Shown here in pieces: positions 1 to 9,528 of a DNA stretch of 44,245 bases. Position numbers and translations under genes: made by a program. The notes beneath the pieces are model-generated. The model made no database searches and was not told the DNA's origin. It saw only the letters and a program-made list of their open reading frames with translations. Origin of the DNA: Pyrobaculum sp. (GTDB taxonomy: Archaea > Thermoproteota > Thermoprotei > Thermoproteales > Thermoproteaceae); NCBI GenBank assembly GCA_046293555.1, contig JBKBOT010000012.1, positions 1 through 44,245 of the forward strand, read 5' to 3'. How positions within the stretch are numbered: position 1 is the first letter of the stretch; every line of letters starts with the position of its first letter.

Positions 1-59
1 GAGATGCCGCCCTCCAGACAGCTCTCGCAATTAAAAACACGGCGCCTAGGTTTAGACAT
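1..59 (-). CDS. Possible 5' end of a CDS running off the window (MSKPRRRVFNCESCLEGGI...)
   Basis: ATG at 59-57 with an open frame to the window edge and a CxxC motif; too short to assign. Confidence 0.35.
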   Translation of the reverse strand, partial: MSKPRRRVFNCESCLEGGI

Positions 60-120
60 CTAAAGACAATAAAAGTGGTGTTGTATGGAGATGAGGCTTT
101 TCAGATTTTTGTAGAGGTGT

Positions 121-528
121 TTAAGAAGACTCTACAGTAGGCGAGGTTGTGGCTTGTAACACCGCCTCTATGAGAGTTACAAATTCGCCCTCGTTTTTCA
201 TAGACCTTATATATTCCGCAAGTCTGGGGTCTCCGCCTAGGCTAAGTCTGTGGTCTATGTTTTTTATATATTCGGCAGTATAGCCGCTGGAGGTGGGGCA
301 TTTCTTATACACTCCTGTAGATATTTCTAAAAAAGCCTCTTCTCCCTCTAGCGTAACTGCAGCTATGGCGAAATTTCCAGCGCGGCAGTTTTCTACTCTT
401 GTAATGTCTTCTAGCGTGAGAGAGGCGCCTATGTAACCTCCTCTCCTTTCTATATAGAAGCTGTGGAAGTTGTTTTCACTACGGGCGATGTTGTTAAAGG
501 CTTCTACCCACCCTAGTATTTTTTCCAT
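121..528 (-). CDS. Hypothetical protein, 135 aa
   Basis: Clean ORF with GGAG upstream, divergent from rgy across an AT-rich spacer; no recognised motif. Confidence 0.7.
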   Translation of the reverse strand: MEKILGWVEAFNNIARSENNFHSFYIERRGGYIGASLTLEDITRVENCRAGNFAIAAVTLEGEEAFLEISTGVYKKCPTSSGYTAEYIKNIDHRLSLGGDPRLAEYIRSMKNEGEFVTLIEAVLQATTSPTVESS

Positions 529-543
529 CTATCTCTACTCTCC

Positions 544-564
544 TTAATATTTAAACGTTTTTAT
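544..564. promoter_or_regulatory. AT-rich, probably bidirectional TATA-box region
   Basis: ttaatatttaaacgtttttata between two divergent starts in GC-rich DNA. Confidence 0.5.
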
Positions 565-574
565 ACATCACAAT

Positions 575-3500
575 TTGCGTGCTGTGGAAGTGCCACTTGC
601 GGTGTATCTCCACAGCTGTCCCAACTGTGGTGGGCCTATAACCTCGACGCGGCTGGCGGCGGGCCTGCCTTGCGAGAAGTGTCTCTCCGCTCCGGCGGCC
701 TCGCTGCGTGAGGTGGTGAAAAAACTGAGGAGGGGGGGAAGGTTGTGGGGGTTGGCGTGGGTGTGGGAGTACTTTAGGAGGTATGAAGAGTTCTCTTATT
801 TCTTCAGGAGGGCCGTGGGGTTCGACATGTGGGGAGCCCAGAGGCTGTGGGCCCGGCGGTTTGTGAGGGGGAAGAGCTTCACCATCGTGGCGCCCACGGG
901 CTCTGGGAAGACCACCTTTGTGCTTACCGCCTCTCTCTACACGGCGCTTGGGGGAGGTAGGGTGTTGTTAATCTTCCCCACCTCGGCGTTGGCGCTGCAG
1001 GCATACAGGAGGCTGGCGGCATATATGGAGAGAGTTGGCGCCTCTGTGAGGGTAGTTGCCTACCACTCCATGCTTACAGAGAGGGAGAGGAGGGAGGCGC
1101 TTGAGGCAGTCGAGAGGGGGGATTTCGACGTCTTGGTGGTCACCACGGCGTTTCTCCCCAGGAGGTTCGAGCTGTTGAGTAGACATAAGTTCGGCCTGGT
1201 GGTGGCAGACGACGTGGATAGCATCCTGAGGGCCACCAGCAGGAATATAGACAGGGTGTTGAGGCTGTTGGGTGTTTCGGAGGAGGTATTAAACACGGCG
1301 CTGAGGGCTATCGACTTGGTTAAACAGCTGAGGCGGGCGGAAATTGTGGGCGACTTGAAGGAAGTGGAGCGGCTAGAGGGGGAGCTGGAGGGGCTGAGAG
1401 AAGAGCTGCGTAAAGCCGTGGCGGAGCTCAAGCTGGGGGTCTTCATCGCGTCGGGCGCCTTGGCTAAAGCCAGGAGGACCACCAGGCTGCTACTCTTCAG
1501 GGAGATCTTGGGTTTTGACATCGGGGGGAGGGCAGAGGGGTTACGTAATGTGGTTGATCTCTACACGGAGGCCGGGGGCGACGTGGTGAGACAGACGGTG
1601 GAGCTACTGAGGCGGCTGGGCCCCGGCGGCATTATCTACGTACAGGACAGAGAGCTGGGGATGGGGATCGTGGAGGCGGCTGGGGGGTCCGTGGAGCATT
1701 TCTTCAAGCCGAGACGTGGCGTCCTGGAGAGATTTGAACGTGGCGAGATTGCGGCGTTGGTGGGCATGGCGTCGCCACGTTCGGCGTTGGTGAGGGGGAT
1801 TGACCTCCCCCACGTGGTGAGATATGTGGTGTTTGTGGGGGTGCCTAAGTACAGATTTAGGCTGAGGGTCGAGGAGTTCTCCACAGCCGCCTACCTCACC
1901 CTTCTCTACAACCTCCGGCCTGTGTTGACGGGGGAGTGGAGATATAAGGCAGATAGGCTTATCGGCCAGCTGAAACGCCTGGCCCCATACCCCCAGGCGG
2001 TGCAGGAGGCCCTCAGGAAGGCAGCTGGGGGGGTTGAGCTCAGCTCTTTCGAGAGACATGTGGCTGAGGTGGCCAGGTCGGCTGTGGAGTTTGTAAGAGA
2101 GCTCCTACAGAGGGAGGAGGTGAGAAAGGCGATTGAGGGCACCGAGGTGGATCTAGCCTATATAGACGGCGAGCTATATGTGTTGGTTCCAGACGTCACC
2201 ACCTACCTTCAGGGCAGTGGGAGGGCCTCCAGACTTTACGCCGGGGGTCTCTCCAGGGGGGTAAGCATACTGCTGGTAGACAGCTGGAAGGTCTTTCACG
2301 CCCTTAGGAGGGAGGTGCGGCTTAGGTTCGACGAGGCTGAGTTTAGGCCTCTCTCAGAGGTAGACCTAGAGGCCGTGCTTAGAGAGGTAGATAGAGATAG
2401 AAAAGCCATTCGGGAGATCTTAGAGGGTGGAGCTGTGGCTAAGGGGGTAGACCTCATGAGGACGGTGTTGATGGTGGTGGAGTCTCCCACCAAGGCTAGG
2501 ACCATCGCCAACTTTTTTGGGAGGCCCGCCATGTTTATCGTGGGGGGGGTGCCGGTATATGAGGTCTCCACCGGCGACGCGGTGTTGATAATAACGGCGT
2601 CTCTAGGCCACCTGTATGAACTACCCACCTCGCTAGAGAGGGTGGAGCAGCGGGAGGCCCTCCGGCAGCGGTTTGGAGACTTTAGGTACGGCGAGTATGA
2701 TGGGGGGAGCTACGCCGTGTTGATTCACGACGGCGCCTTCGTCCCGGTGTACAACAAGATCTGGAGGTGCCGCGGCGGCACGTATGTAGACGATCTAGAC
2801 AAGCCGCCTGACTGCAGGCCGCTAGACGTCCTGGCCTCAATTAGAGACATGGCGGTAGAGGTAGATACAGTGTTGTTAGCCACAGACCCGGACTCGGAGG
2901 GGGAAAAGATAGCTTTTGACCTATATCTAGGCTTGAGGCCATATGTTTCAGACATCAGGAGGGTGGAGTTCCACGAGGTGACCAGAAGGGCCATACTGGC
3001 GGCTTTAGCTAACCCCAGGTCTATAAACTACAGCCTCGTGAAGGCCCAGATTGTGAGGAGGATTGAGGACAGGTGGCTAGGCTTCGGCTTGAGTAAAATC
3101 CTCCAGAGGCACTTCGGGAGGTCTAACCTCTCTGCCGGGAGGGTGCAGAGCCCCGTCTTGGGGTGGATCGTCAAGACGTATGAGGAGGCGAGGCGCCAGA
3201 AGGCCTACCGGGTGACGTTACAGCTCGACGACGTCGAGTTGACACTCACGCTCCCCGTGGAGGTGGCCAAGGCCCTGAGGGCGAGGGGGAAGGTGGCCGT
3301 CAGGCAGGTGGGGAGGGAGAGAAGGGAGTTAAACCCCCCGCCGCCCTATACCACAGACGAGCTTTTGAGAGATGCCGTGAGGAGGCTCGGCCTGTCTGCA
3401 GAACTCGCCATGAGGCTGGCGCAAGACCTTTTTGAAGGCGGCCTTATTACATACCACCGGACAGATAGCACCAGGGTTTCCAACGTGGGTATCGCCATAG

Positions 3501-4249
3501 CTCGGGAGTACATAGCTAAGAAGTTCGGCGAGGGGGAGTATAGGCCCAGGGCTTGGGGCGAGGGGGAGGGGGCACACGAGGCCATTAGGCCCACGAGGGC
3601 TGTAGATGTAGATGAGCTGAGGGGTCTTGTAAACGCCGGCGTGTTGCAACTAGCCATAAGGCCTACCGCCAGTCACTACAGGCTGTATGACCTCATATTC
3701 AGGCGGTTTATGGCCAGCCAGATGGCCCCCAGCCAGGTGGAGGTGGAGAGGTACTCCATCGAGATAGATGGACACGTGTCTCAGCTAGAGCGGGTGGTAG
3801 ACATAGAGAGGTGGGGGTTTCAACACATGTACACAGTAGCCGCCGTGGAGCAGCCCCTCCCCACCGGCGTGGTGGAGGTTACGGTAAAGAGGAGCCGCCT
3901 GGTGGAGGGAGTCTTGTCGCAAGCAGACGTCTTGGCGTTAATGCGCCAGAGGAAAATCGGCAGGCCTAGTACCTACGCCAGGATTTTAGAGACGTTGGCA
4001 AAGAGGTATTACGTCTTCGTGCCGAGGCAGAGCCGGGTTAAGCTCATGAAGCCCACCCAGCTTGGGAGAGATGTGTACCACTTCTTGGAGCAGAACTTCG
4101 GCAGTCTGGTAGACGAGGAGAGAACCAGGCTGATAGAACAGCACATGGATGAAATAGAGCGTGGGGGGGCTAAATACGGGGAGGTGCTCAACGAGCTGTT
4201 TGAAGAGTTTAGAAGAGAGGTTCTAGGCAAGATATATTCCGGGCCTTAG
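575..4249 (+). CDS. rgy: Reverse gyrase
   Basis: N-terminal Zn finger (CPNC...CEKC), Walker A APTGSGKT, DDVD, QGSGRASR, TOPRIM VESPTKA and ATDPDSEGE, and topoisomerase IA active site LITYHRTDS. The true start may be GTG 584. Confidence 0.98.
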   Translation: MRAVEVPLAVYLHSCPNCGGPITSTRLAAGLPCEKCLSAPAASLREVVKKLRRGGRLWGLAWVWEYFRRYEEFSYFFRRAVGFDMWGAQRLWARRFVRGKSFTIVAPTGSGKTTFVLTASLYTALGGGRVLLIFPTSALALQAYRRLAAYMERVGASVRVVAYHSMLTERERREALEAVERGDFDVLVVTTAFLPRRFELLSRHKFGLVVADDVDSILRATSRNIDRVLRLLGVSEEVLNTALRAIDLVKQLRRAEIVGDLKEVERLEGELEGLREELRKAVAELKLGVFIASGALAKARRTTRLLLFREILGFDIGGRAEGLRNVVDLYTEAGGDVVRQTVELLRRLGPGGIIYVQDRELGMGIVEAAGGSVEHFFKPRRGVLERFERGEIAALVGMASPRSALVRGIDLPHVVRYVVFVGVPKYRFRLRVEEFSTAAYLTLLYNLRPVLTGEWRYKADRLIGQLKRLAPYPQAVQEALRKAAGGVELSSFERHVAEVARSAVEFVRELLQREEVRKAIEGTEVDLAYIDGELYVLVPDVTTYLQGSGRASRLYAGGLSRGVSILLVDSWKVFHALRREVRLRFDEAEFRPLSEVDLEAVLREVDRDRKAIREILEGGAVAKGVDLMRTVLMVVESPTKARTIANFFGRPAMFIVGGVPVYEVSTGDAVLIITASLGHLYELPTSLERVEQREALRQRFGDFRYGEYDGGSYAVLIHDGAFVPVYNKIWRCRGGTYVDDLDKPPDCRPLDVLASIRDMAVEVDTVLLATDPDSEGEKIAFDLYLGLRPYVSDIRRVEFHEVTRRAILAALANPRSINYSLVKAQIVRRIEDRWLGFGLSKILQRHFGRSNLSAGRVQSPVLGWIVKTYEEARRQKAYRVTLQLDDVELTLTLPVEVAKALRARGKVAVRQVGRERRELNPPPPYTTDELLRDAVRRLGLSAELAMRLAQDLFEGGLITYHRTDSTRVSNVGIAIAREYIAKKFGEGEYRPRAWGEGEGAHEAIRPTRAVDVDELRGLVNAGVLQLAIRPTASHYRLYDLIFRRFMASQMAPSQVEVERYSIEIDGHVSQLERVVDIERWGFQHMYTVAAVEQPLPTGVVEVTVKRSRLVEGVLSQADVLALMRQRKIGRPSTYARILETLAKRYYVFVPRQSRVKLMKPTQLGRDVYHFLEQNFGSLVDEERTRLIEQHMDEIERGGAKYGEVLNELFEEFRREVLGKIYSGP

Positions 4250-7036
4250 CGGCAGGGATTGCCTCTTCTTGCCCCCCAGGTCTGGGGCGGCGTCGTCGTC
4301 GGCTTTATACACCTCCGGCGGCGCCCCCAGGGCTTTCTCTAGGTACCTGCCGTAGGCTCTCAACACCGCGGCCTCGTCGAAATTCTCCACCTGTCTCACC
4401 AAGGCCCTTATCTCGCCGCCTAGCGACCTCACGAGGTCTACCACCCTCTTGGCCGCCTGTGGGGGCGCCCCCGCCTCTATGACTGCCCTCACGTCTTCTT
4501 TAAGCCCCGCCTTAAGCCAGTGGAAATTGGGGTTTACGTATAGGACTACTTTCTTAACGCCCTGGCGGAAGGCGGGGATGTTTCTCACGTCTTCTACCAC
4601 CATGTCTACATATCTTTTTGCCAAAAGCGCGGCGGGGTCTGCCCTGAGTTTAGGCCAGGGCGCCCTTACGGCCAGCCCCCCGCCGCCCAGGAGGGACCAC
4701 AGCTCCTCGGCGAGGTGGGGCACTAGCGGCTCTAAAGCCACCACCCACGCCCTGGCGGCCTCCTGCGCCAGTCTGGAGGGCCTCTCCGCCATGGCTAGAT
4801 ACTGGTCGAGGAGGGACTTGGCGTTGTATAACACCTCTACTGCCGCCTGTCTGACCCGCGCCTTTTCGTACGCCTCCCTGGCTCTTTCTAGCAGCTGCGC
4901 CATCTCGGAGACAAGCCAGTGGTCAAGCCAGTCCTCTCTATCTACAGGCTGTGTGAACTTCTGCGCCAGCGTGTATATAGCCGCGAGCTGTTGGGCGTTC
5001 CTCCTGGCCTCGACATCTCTGAAGTCTAGGTCTTGTTCCACCTCTGCCGATATGGCTAGAGTAGCCCTGAGGGGGTCTGCGCCGTATATCTCCACCGCCT
5101 TGTCTAACGGCAAGACGTTACGTTTAGATTTAGACATCTTCTCCCCCTCTCTCAAAACCCAGCCGTTAGCCACTATGCTCCTTGGCCACTTTTCTCTGGG
5201 GAATATAGCCACGTGGTTAAATATAAAGAAGGTCAGGTGGTTGGGGATGAGGTCCTTGCCGGAGTTTCTAGAGTCTAGGGGGTACCAGTAGTCAAACTCT
5301 CTCCTTATCTCCTCCAAAGCCTCGGGGGACACGCCGGTTTTCTCCGCCACTTTAGCCAAATCGCCTTGACCCAAGAGGACGTAATCCCAAAATTCTTCAG
5401 TTAGCTGCTCCGGCCTTATACCAAACTGCCTGATCTTTTTTATCACAACATAGTAGGCCATGTATATAGTGGAGTCGCTAAGGCTCTCTATAACCCACCC
5501 CTGTCCCCACGGCAGCGGGGTGCCTAGCCCCCTGGTGCGGGCGCAAGCCCTCTTGTCTAGCCAATCCACCGTGGCCAGGAAGTGGGACCTGGCCTCCTCG
5601 GGCACTATGGACATCTCGCCCACGAGCTGCCTCGCCGACTGTTTCCACTGGCCGTCGCCGTAGTTTATAAACCACTGGTCCTCCAGCACCTTCACCACAA
5701 TCTCGGCGCCACACCTACAGTACACCGGCTTGTTCATCACGTCGTACACAACGGCCCCAAGGCCCGCCTCCACGAGCCACCTCTGTATAAACTCCCTAGC
5801 CTCCCTCACAGGCCGCCCGGCGAAATAGAGCCTAAAGGCCGCCCTCACCATAGATCTGGCGGGTTCCCCCAGGTGGAGGCCCACTCTCTCCGCCACGTCT
5901 AGCCTCATGACGCCTCTCGTATATTCGGCGGAGTAGACCTCTCTGGTTGCCTCCTCTAGCGCCGGGTCTGTCTGGCTGGAGATACCCATCCTCTCCACCA
6001 CCTCTCTCGCCGGGTGTTCCCCATAGCCCTCCACCACGATTAGGGGGATCAGCCTGACCGCCCCCAGGTCCCGCAGGGCGGCGTAGTCATATGGGGCGTG
6101 GGAGGGTACAGACATGACGAGACCTGTCCCCACCTTGGGGTCCACGAACCTCGCCCCGTATATGGGCACAGGCTCGCCGGTCACCGGGTTTAACACCTGC
6201 CTCCCCACGAGCTGCCTCCCCACGACTTTCTCGAGAATCCTAACCTCTGTCTGGAAGGAGAGGCTGAAGGCTGCCTCTCTGCTCACCACTGCCCTCACCC
6301 CATTTATCTCAGCCACCACGTATTCCCCCTCTGGGTTTATCCAGAGGTTTGTTACCCCCAGCACGGTCTCTGGCCTCAAGGTGGCCGTGGGGTAGGCCAG
6401 GTCGCCATCTCTAAAATATATCAACGTCCACTGTCCTATCTCGGGCTCCTTGTCGTCTTTTGTGTCATGTGCCCCCACGGGCATGGAGTGCCTTGGGCAC
6501 CACCCCACTGGATGTCTCCCCCTCACGATGAGGCCCCTTTTCCACAACTTCTCGAACTGCCACTGGATAAACCTCTGGTACTCCGGGTCTATTGTGGTGA
6601 ACTCGCGGCTCCAGTCTATCCCGAGGCCAAATCTCTCCATGGCCTCTCTAGACTGGCGGTGGAAATACCTGGCCAGGTGGAGGGGGTCGCCCATCTTTTT
6701 GACCTCCTCGGGGGGCACGCCGTATATCTCCATGTATTCCTCCATGATTGTCTTATCTCCAGCGGCTATAGCCTCCGCGATGGTCAAAATGGGGGTCCCC
6801 GTGTAGTGAAAAGCCATGGGGAACAACACGTTGCGGCCCATGTGCCTATGGAAGCGAGCCAACACGTCTGCAATTAGGTAAGTCCTCCCGTGGCCGATAT
6901 GGATGGCGCCGTTGGGGTATGGATATGCCGCAGTTATGAAGAACTTGGGGACGCCGGGGGCTGGCTCCGGCTCGTAGACACCCCTCCACCTCTCCTGCCA
7001 CTTTCTGGCAATAGAGTTGAAGAAAGAGGGGTCCAC
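4223..7036 (-). CDS. leuS: Leucyl-tRNA synthetase (archaeal type)
   Basis: YPYPNGAIHIGH, ATLRPET, GTGLVMSVPSHAPYD, GKDLIPNHL and KMSKS; convergent 27-bp overlap with rgy. Confidence 0.97.
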   Translation of the reverse strand: MDPSFFNSIARKWQERWRGVYEPEPAPGVPKFFITAAYPYPNGAIHIGHGRTYLIADVLARFHRHMGRNVLFPMAFHYTGTPILTIAEAIAAGDKTIMEEYMEIYGVPPEEVKKMGDPLHLARYFHRQSREAMERFGLGIDWSREFTTIDPEYQRFIQWQFEKLWKRGLIVRGRHPVGWCPRHSMPVGAHDTKDDKEPEIGQWTLIYFRDGDLAYPTATLRPETVLGVTNLWINPEGEYVVAEINGVRAVVSREAAFSLSFQTEVRILEKVVGRQLVGRQVLNPVTGEPVPIYGARFVDPKVGTGLVMSVPSHAPYDYAALRDLGAVRLIPLIVVEGYGEHPAREVVERMGISSQTDPALEEATREVYSAEYTRGVMRLDVAERVGLHLGEPARSMVRAAFRLYFAGRPVREAREFIQRWLVEAGLGAVVYDVMNKPVYCRCGAEIVVKVLEDQWFINYGDGQWKQSARQLVGEMSIVPEEARSHFLATVDWLDKRACARTRGLGTPLPWGQGWVIESLSDSTIYMAYYVVIKKIRQFGIRPEQLTEEFWDYVLLGQGDLAKVAEKTGVSPEALEEIRREFDYWYPLDSRNSGKDLIPNHLTFFIFNHVAIFPREKWPRSIVANGWVLREGEKMSKSKRNVLPLDKAVEIYGADPLRATLAISAEVEQDLDFRDVEARRNAQQLAAIYTLAQKFTQPVDREDWLDHWLVSEMAQLLERAREAYEKARVRQAAVEVLYNAKSLLDQYLAMAERPSRLAQEAARAWVVALEPLVPHLAEELWSLLGGGGLAVRAPWPKLRADPAALLAKRYVDMVVEDVRNIPAFRQGVKKVVLYVNPNFHWLKAGLKEDVRAVIEAGAPPQAAKRVVDLVRSLGGEIRALVRQVENFDEAAVLRAYGRYLEKALGAPPEVYKADDDAAPDLGGKKRQSLPLRPGIYLA

Positions 7037-7054
7037 GGCTGTACAAAGTGTCCT

Positions 7055-7543
7055 TTATATATTCTTTTGGTAGATGTATATCTTCAGCCTGGGGTTTTTA
7101 GCCACAAGAGTTAGCCCAGGTATTTCCCACATGTAGGACACCACGTAGGCAGAAGGCTTGAGCTCTCTGGCGAGCTTTTCCGCAAGCCTTATGTTTACAG
7201 AAGGCCACTGGAAGACGTAAACCACGTCTGCGTCCGAGAGGTCTACTTTAAACATGTCTCTTAGCAATACTACACATCTACATCTCAGCCGACATATTGC
7301 CCACCTGAGGGGATCTATCTCGACGCCTATAGGCACAGCCCCCATGGACCTGGCTAAAGTTAACACCACGCCGTATCCACAGCCCAGGTCGTAAACCCTC
7401 TTTCCCGCCACTCCGATCTGTCTGAAGGCCCAGGCGGCGGCCTCCTTCCTAGAGGTGCTATAGGCGGCGCCCCGCCTCGCCAGGTAGGGCCAGAGGAGGT
7501 GGGCGATGGCCGCCGCGGCGAGGAGGGCCACCACTTCTATCAT
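7055..7543 (-). CDS. Membrane-anchored class I SAM methyltransferase, aKMT/FAM173-like (putative protein lysine methyltransferase)
   Basis: N-terminal hydrophobic helix, VYDLGCGYG, GVEID, DMFKVDLSDADVVYVF and ELKPSAYVVSY. Confidence 0.8.
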   Translation of the reverse strand: MIEVVALLAAAAIAHLLWPYLARRGAAYSTSRKEAAAWAFRQIGVAGKRVYDLGCGYGVVLTLARSMGAVPIGVEIDPLRWAICRLRCRCVVLLRDMFKVDLSDADVVYVFQWPSVNIRLAEKLARELKPSAYVVSYMWEIPGLTLVAKNPRLKIYIYQKNI

Positions 7544-7881
7544 CTCCTCTCTGCCACCAGCCCCACGTCTGTCACGCCAGTTATTACAACCACGTCGCCA
7601 GGCCCGCAGCCCTCACATATCGCCCGCCAGTATACGCCCTCTATCTTCAACATGGCCCACACGCCGTCTGTCTCTACCACCACGCCTCTCTTGCCTAAAA
7701 TCTCTACTACAGACTTACGCCTCATGGCTTTAACCCCAGCGGCTAGGGCGAGGACATATATGGCTAAAAGCGAGCCGCCAATGGGGTAGCCCAGCCAGGG
7801 CGGCATGTACCCCAACGCCGTTAGTATTACCAACAGGCCCCCCAGGAGCCCCAGGGCTGAGGGAGACACGACACGTACCAC
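7540..7881 (-). CDS. NfeD-like short membrane protein (C-terminal OB fold)
   Basis: Two TM helices followed by GKRGVVVE...LKIEGVYWRA...GDVVVITGV, the typical NfeD C-terminal pattern. Confidence 0.8.
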   Translation of the reverse strand: MVRVVSPSALGLLGGLLVILTALGYMPPWLGYPIGGSLLAIYVLALAAGVKAMRRKSVVEILGKRGVVVETDGVWAMLKIEGVYWRAICEGCGPGDVVVITGVTDVGLVAERR

Positions 7882-7889
7882 ATATAAAA

Positions 7890-7963
7890 AGATGTATGCC
7901 CCTTGGAGGAGGCGCCCTCATAGACGCCCATACGGCGGCTCGGCGCCCCACGCCGGGGGGCCA
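7890..7963 (-). ncRNA. H/ACA box pseudouridylation guide sRNA, predicted target 16S rRNA
   Basis: GCCCC/GGGGC lower stem, pocket CCGGCGU/CUCCAA, upper stem GGGGCGCC/GGCGCCUC, K-turn (CCGA/UAUGAG), ACA about 13-14 nt below the pocket top, then a U-run. Confidence 0.85.
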
Positions 7964-7966
7964 TGA

Positions 7967-8635
7967 TTATATTTTGTAATAATAAAAATGTCTTCTCCTG
8001 CCTCTAAAAACCAACGCCGTGAGGGCGCCGGCGATAAAGCCGCCTATGTGGGCGAAGTAGGCCACGCCGGAGGGCTGCACCGTGAGGAGCTCCGCCACGC
8101 CGTAATATAGCTGGAAGAGAAACCAGAACCCTATGTAGGCCCAGGCGGGGATCTCTATGATGGTAATTATGAAGAAGAAGACCAACGTCTGGATCCGGGC
8201 GCGTGGGAATAACACCAGGTATGCGCCCAAGACGCCGCTAATGGCGCCAGAGGCCCCCAGCGCCGGCGTGAGCCACATCTCTCTAGCCGCCGGCTGGGCC
8301 GATATGGACAGTAGGTGGGCAAACGCCGCGGCGATGCCCCACGTGAGGTATAGGGCTAGAAACCTCAGGTGGCCGTAGCGGTCTTCCACATTGTCGCCAA
8401 ATACCCATAGGTATATCATGTTGCCCACCAGGTGTATCACGCCGCCGTGGAGAAACATGTGGGTTAGCCAGCGGTATGTCTCAATAAAGGCTAGGGCGGG
8501 GATGAAGGCGTACCTCAAGGCGATCTGCGGGGCGACCAGCTGGTATATAAACACGGCGATGTTTATAAAGACGAGGCTCTTGGTGACAATGGGGAAACTC
8601 CAGGTGGGGTTTATGTCGCGGAGGGGGATGGCCAC
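7967..8635 (-). CDS. Rhomboid family intramembrane serine protease
   Basis: THMFLHGG, HLVGNM, FGDNVED, GASG (catalytic Ser) and AHIGGF (catalytic His). Confidence 0.96.
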   Translation of the reverse strand: MAIPLRDINPTWSFPIVTKSLVFINIAVFIYQLVAPQIALRYAFIPALAFIETYRWLTHMFLHGGVIHLVGNMIYLWVFGDNVEDRYGHLRFLALYLTWGIAAAFAHLLSISAQPAAREMWLTPALGASGAISGVLGAYLVLFPRARIQTLVFFFIITIIEIPAWAYIGFWFLFQLYYGVAELLTVQPSGVAYFAHIGGFIAGALTALVFRGRRRHFYYYKI

Positions 8636-8655
8636 TTGTAGACATAACCACGGCC

Positions 8656-9528
8656 TTATAAACCTAGCAGGTGGCTGCCGTCACAATACGTCCCCGGGGT
8701 GTTTAAGTGGAAAAACTCCTCTCTACATATAGAGAACTGCAGGCCGCGGCTTTTCGCCATATGCGCCACGGCGGAGAGAACCCCCTCTCTATATCTCCGG
8801 GGGGCGTACCACTGGCCGTGGAAGTAGGTGCCCTCCCTGAAGTACATCTCTCTCCACAGGGGGGCCCTCTCGGGGATGACTTTTGCCAGCCTGGCGAGGT
8901 TGTCGCCCTTGGCCTTATACGTGCTGGCCACTATATGTCTAGCCCCGGCTTTCGCCGCGGCGTCTATCACTGCCTCTAGGTCGTCCAGCCTGTCGTTTAG
9001 ATATGGGATTATGGGGTCTACTCTCACGCCTACAGCTATCCCAGCTTCTGACAGCCTTCTGACTGCCTCAAGTCGTGCAGACGGCTTGGGGGCCCCGGGC
9101 TCCAATAGGGAGGCTAGCCTTTCGTCCAGCGTGGTGACTGTAAGTTGTACCACCACGCTGCCTCTCGTCAAGATGTCTAGATCTCTGAGGACTAGAGGCG
9201 ACTTGGTGGTTATTAACACCTTATAGCCCCCCTTCAAGAGGGTCTGAAGCGACTTTCTAGTATGGCCCAACGCGGCCTCAAGCGGCGTGTAGGGATCTGA
9301 GGAGTTAGAGAGAGCCACCACGGCGCCTTTAGGTATTTTCTCTAAATCCCGCCTTAATCTCTCCGCCAGCCTTTCTTTAGGCCTGGGGCTAAAGGCGTTG
9401 GGTATATAGGACGTGATGTAACAATAGTGACACTTATGGCCACAGCCGGTATATGGGTTAAGGCCGTATTTTGGGGGACAGGTGCAAAGGGGGTTTCCCC
9501 ACGGGTCAAAAGGCCTTACTAAACTCAC
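8656..9528 (-). CDS. Radical SAM protein, spore-photoproduct-lyase-like family
   Basis: LNPYTGCGHKCHYCY, SNSSDPY, ITTKS and LEPGAP. Start placed at GTG 9528, about 25 nt below a TATA box (ORF track: 9558). Confidence 0.9.
   Translation of the reverse strand: MSLVRPFDPWGNPLCTCPPKYGLNPYTGCGHKCHYCYITSYIPNAFSPRPKERLAERLRRDLEKIPKGAVVALSNSSDPYTPLEAALGHTRKSLQTLLKGGYKVLITTKSPLVLRDLDILTRGSVVVQLTVTTLDERLASLLEPGAPKPSARLEAVRRLSEAGIAVGVRVDPIIPYLNDRLDDLEAVIDAAAKAGARHIVASTYKAKGDNLARLAKVIPERAPLWREMYFREGTYFHGQWYAPRRYREGVLSAVAHMAKSRGLQFSICREEFFHLNTPGTYCDGSHLLGL

Noticed and set aside
968-6877. Many 60-280 aa ORFs antisense or out of frame within rgy and leuS (e.g. 4449-5291 +)
   Set aside because: Shadow ORFs typical of GC-rich coding DNA; Ser/Thr/Ala-rich translations with no motifs.
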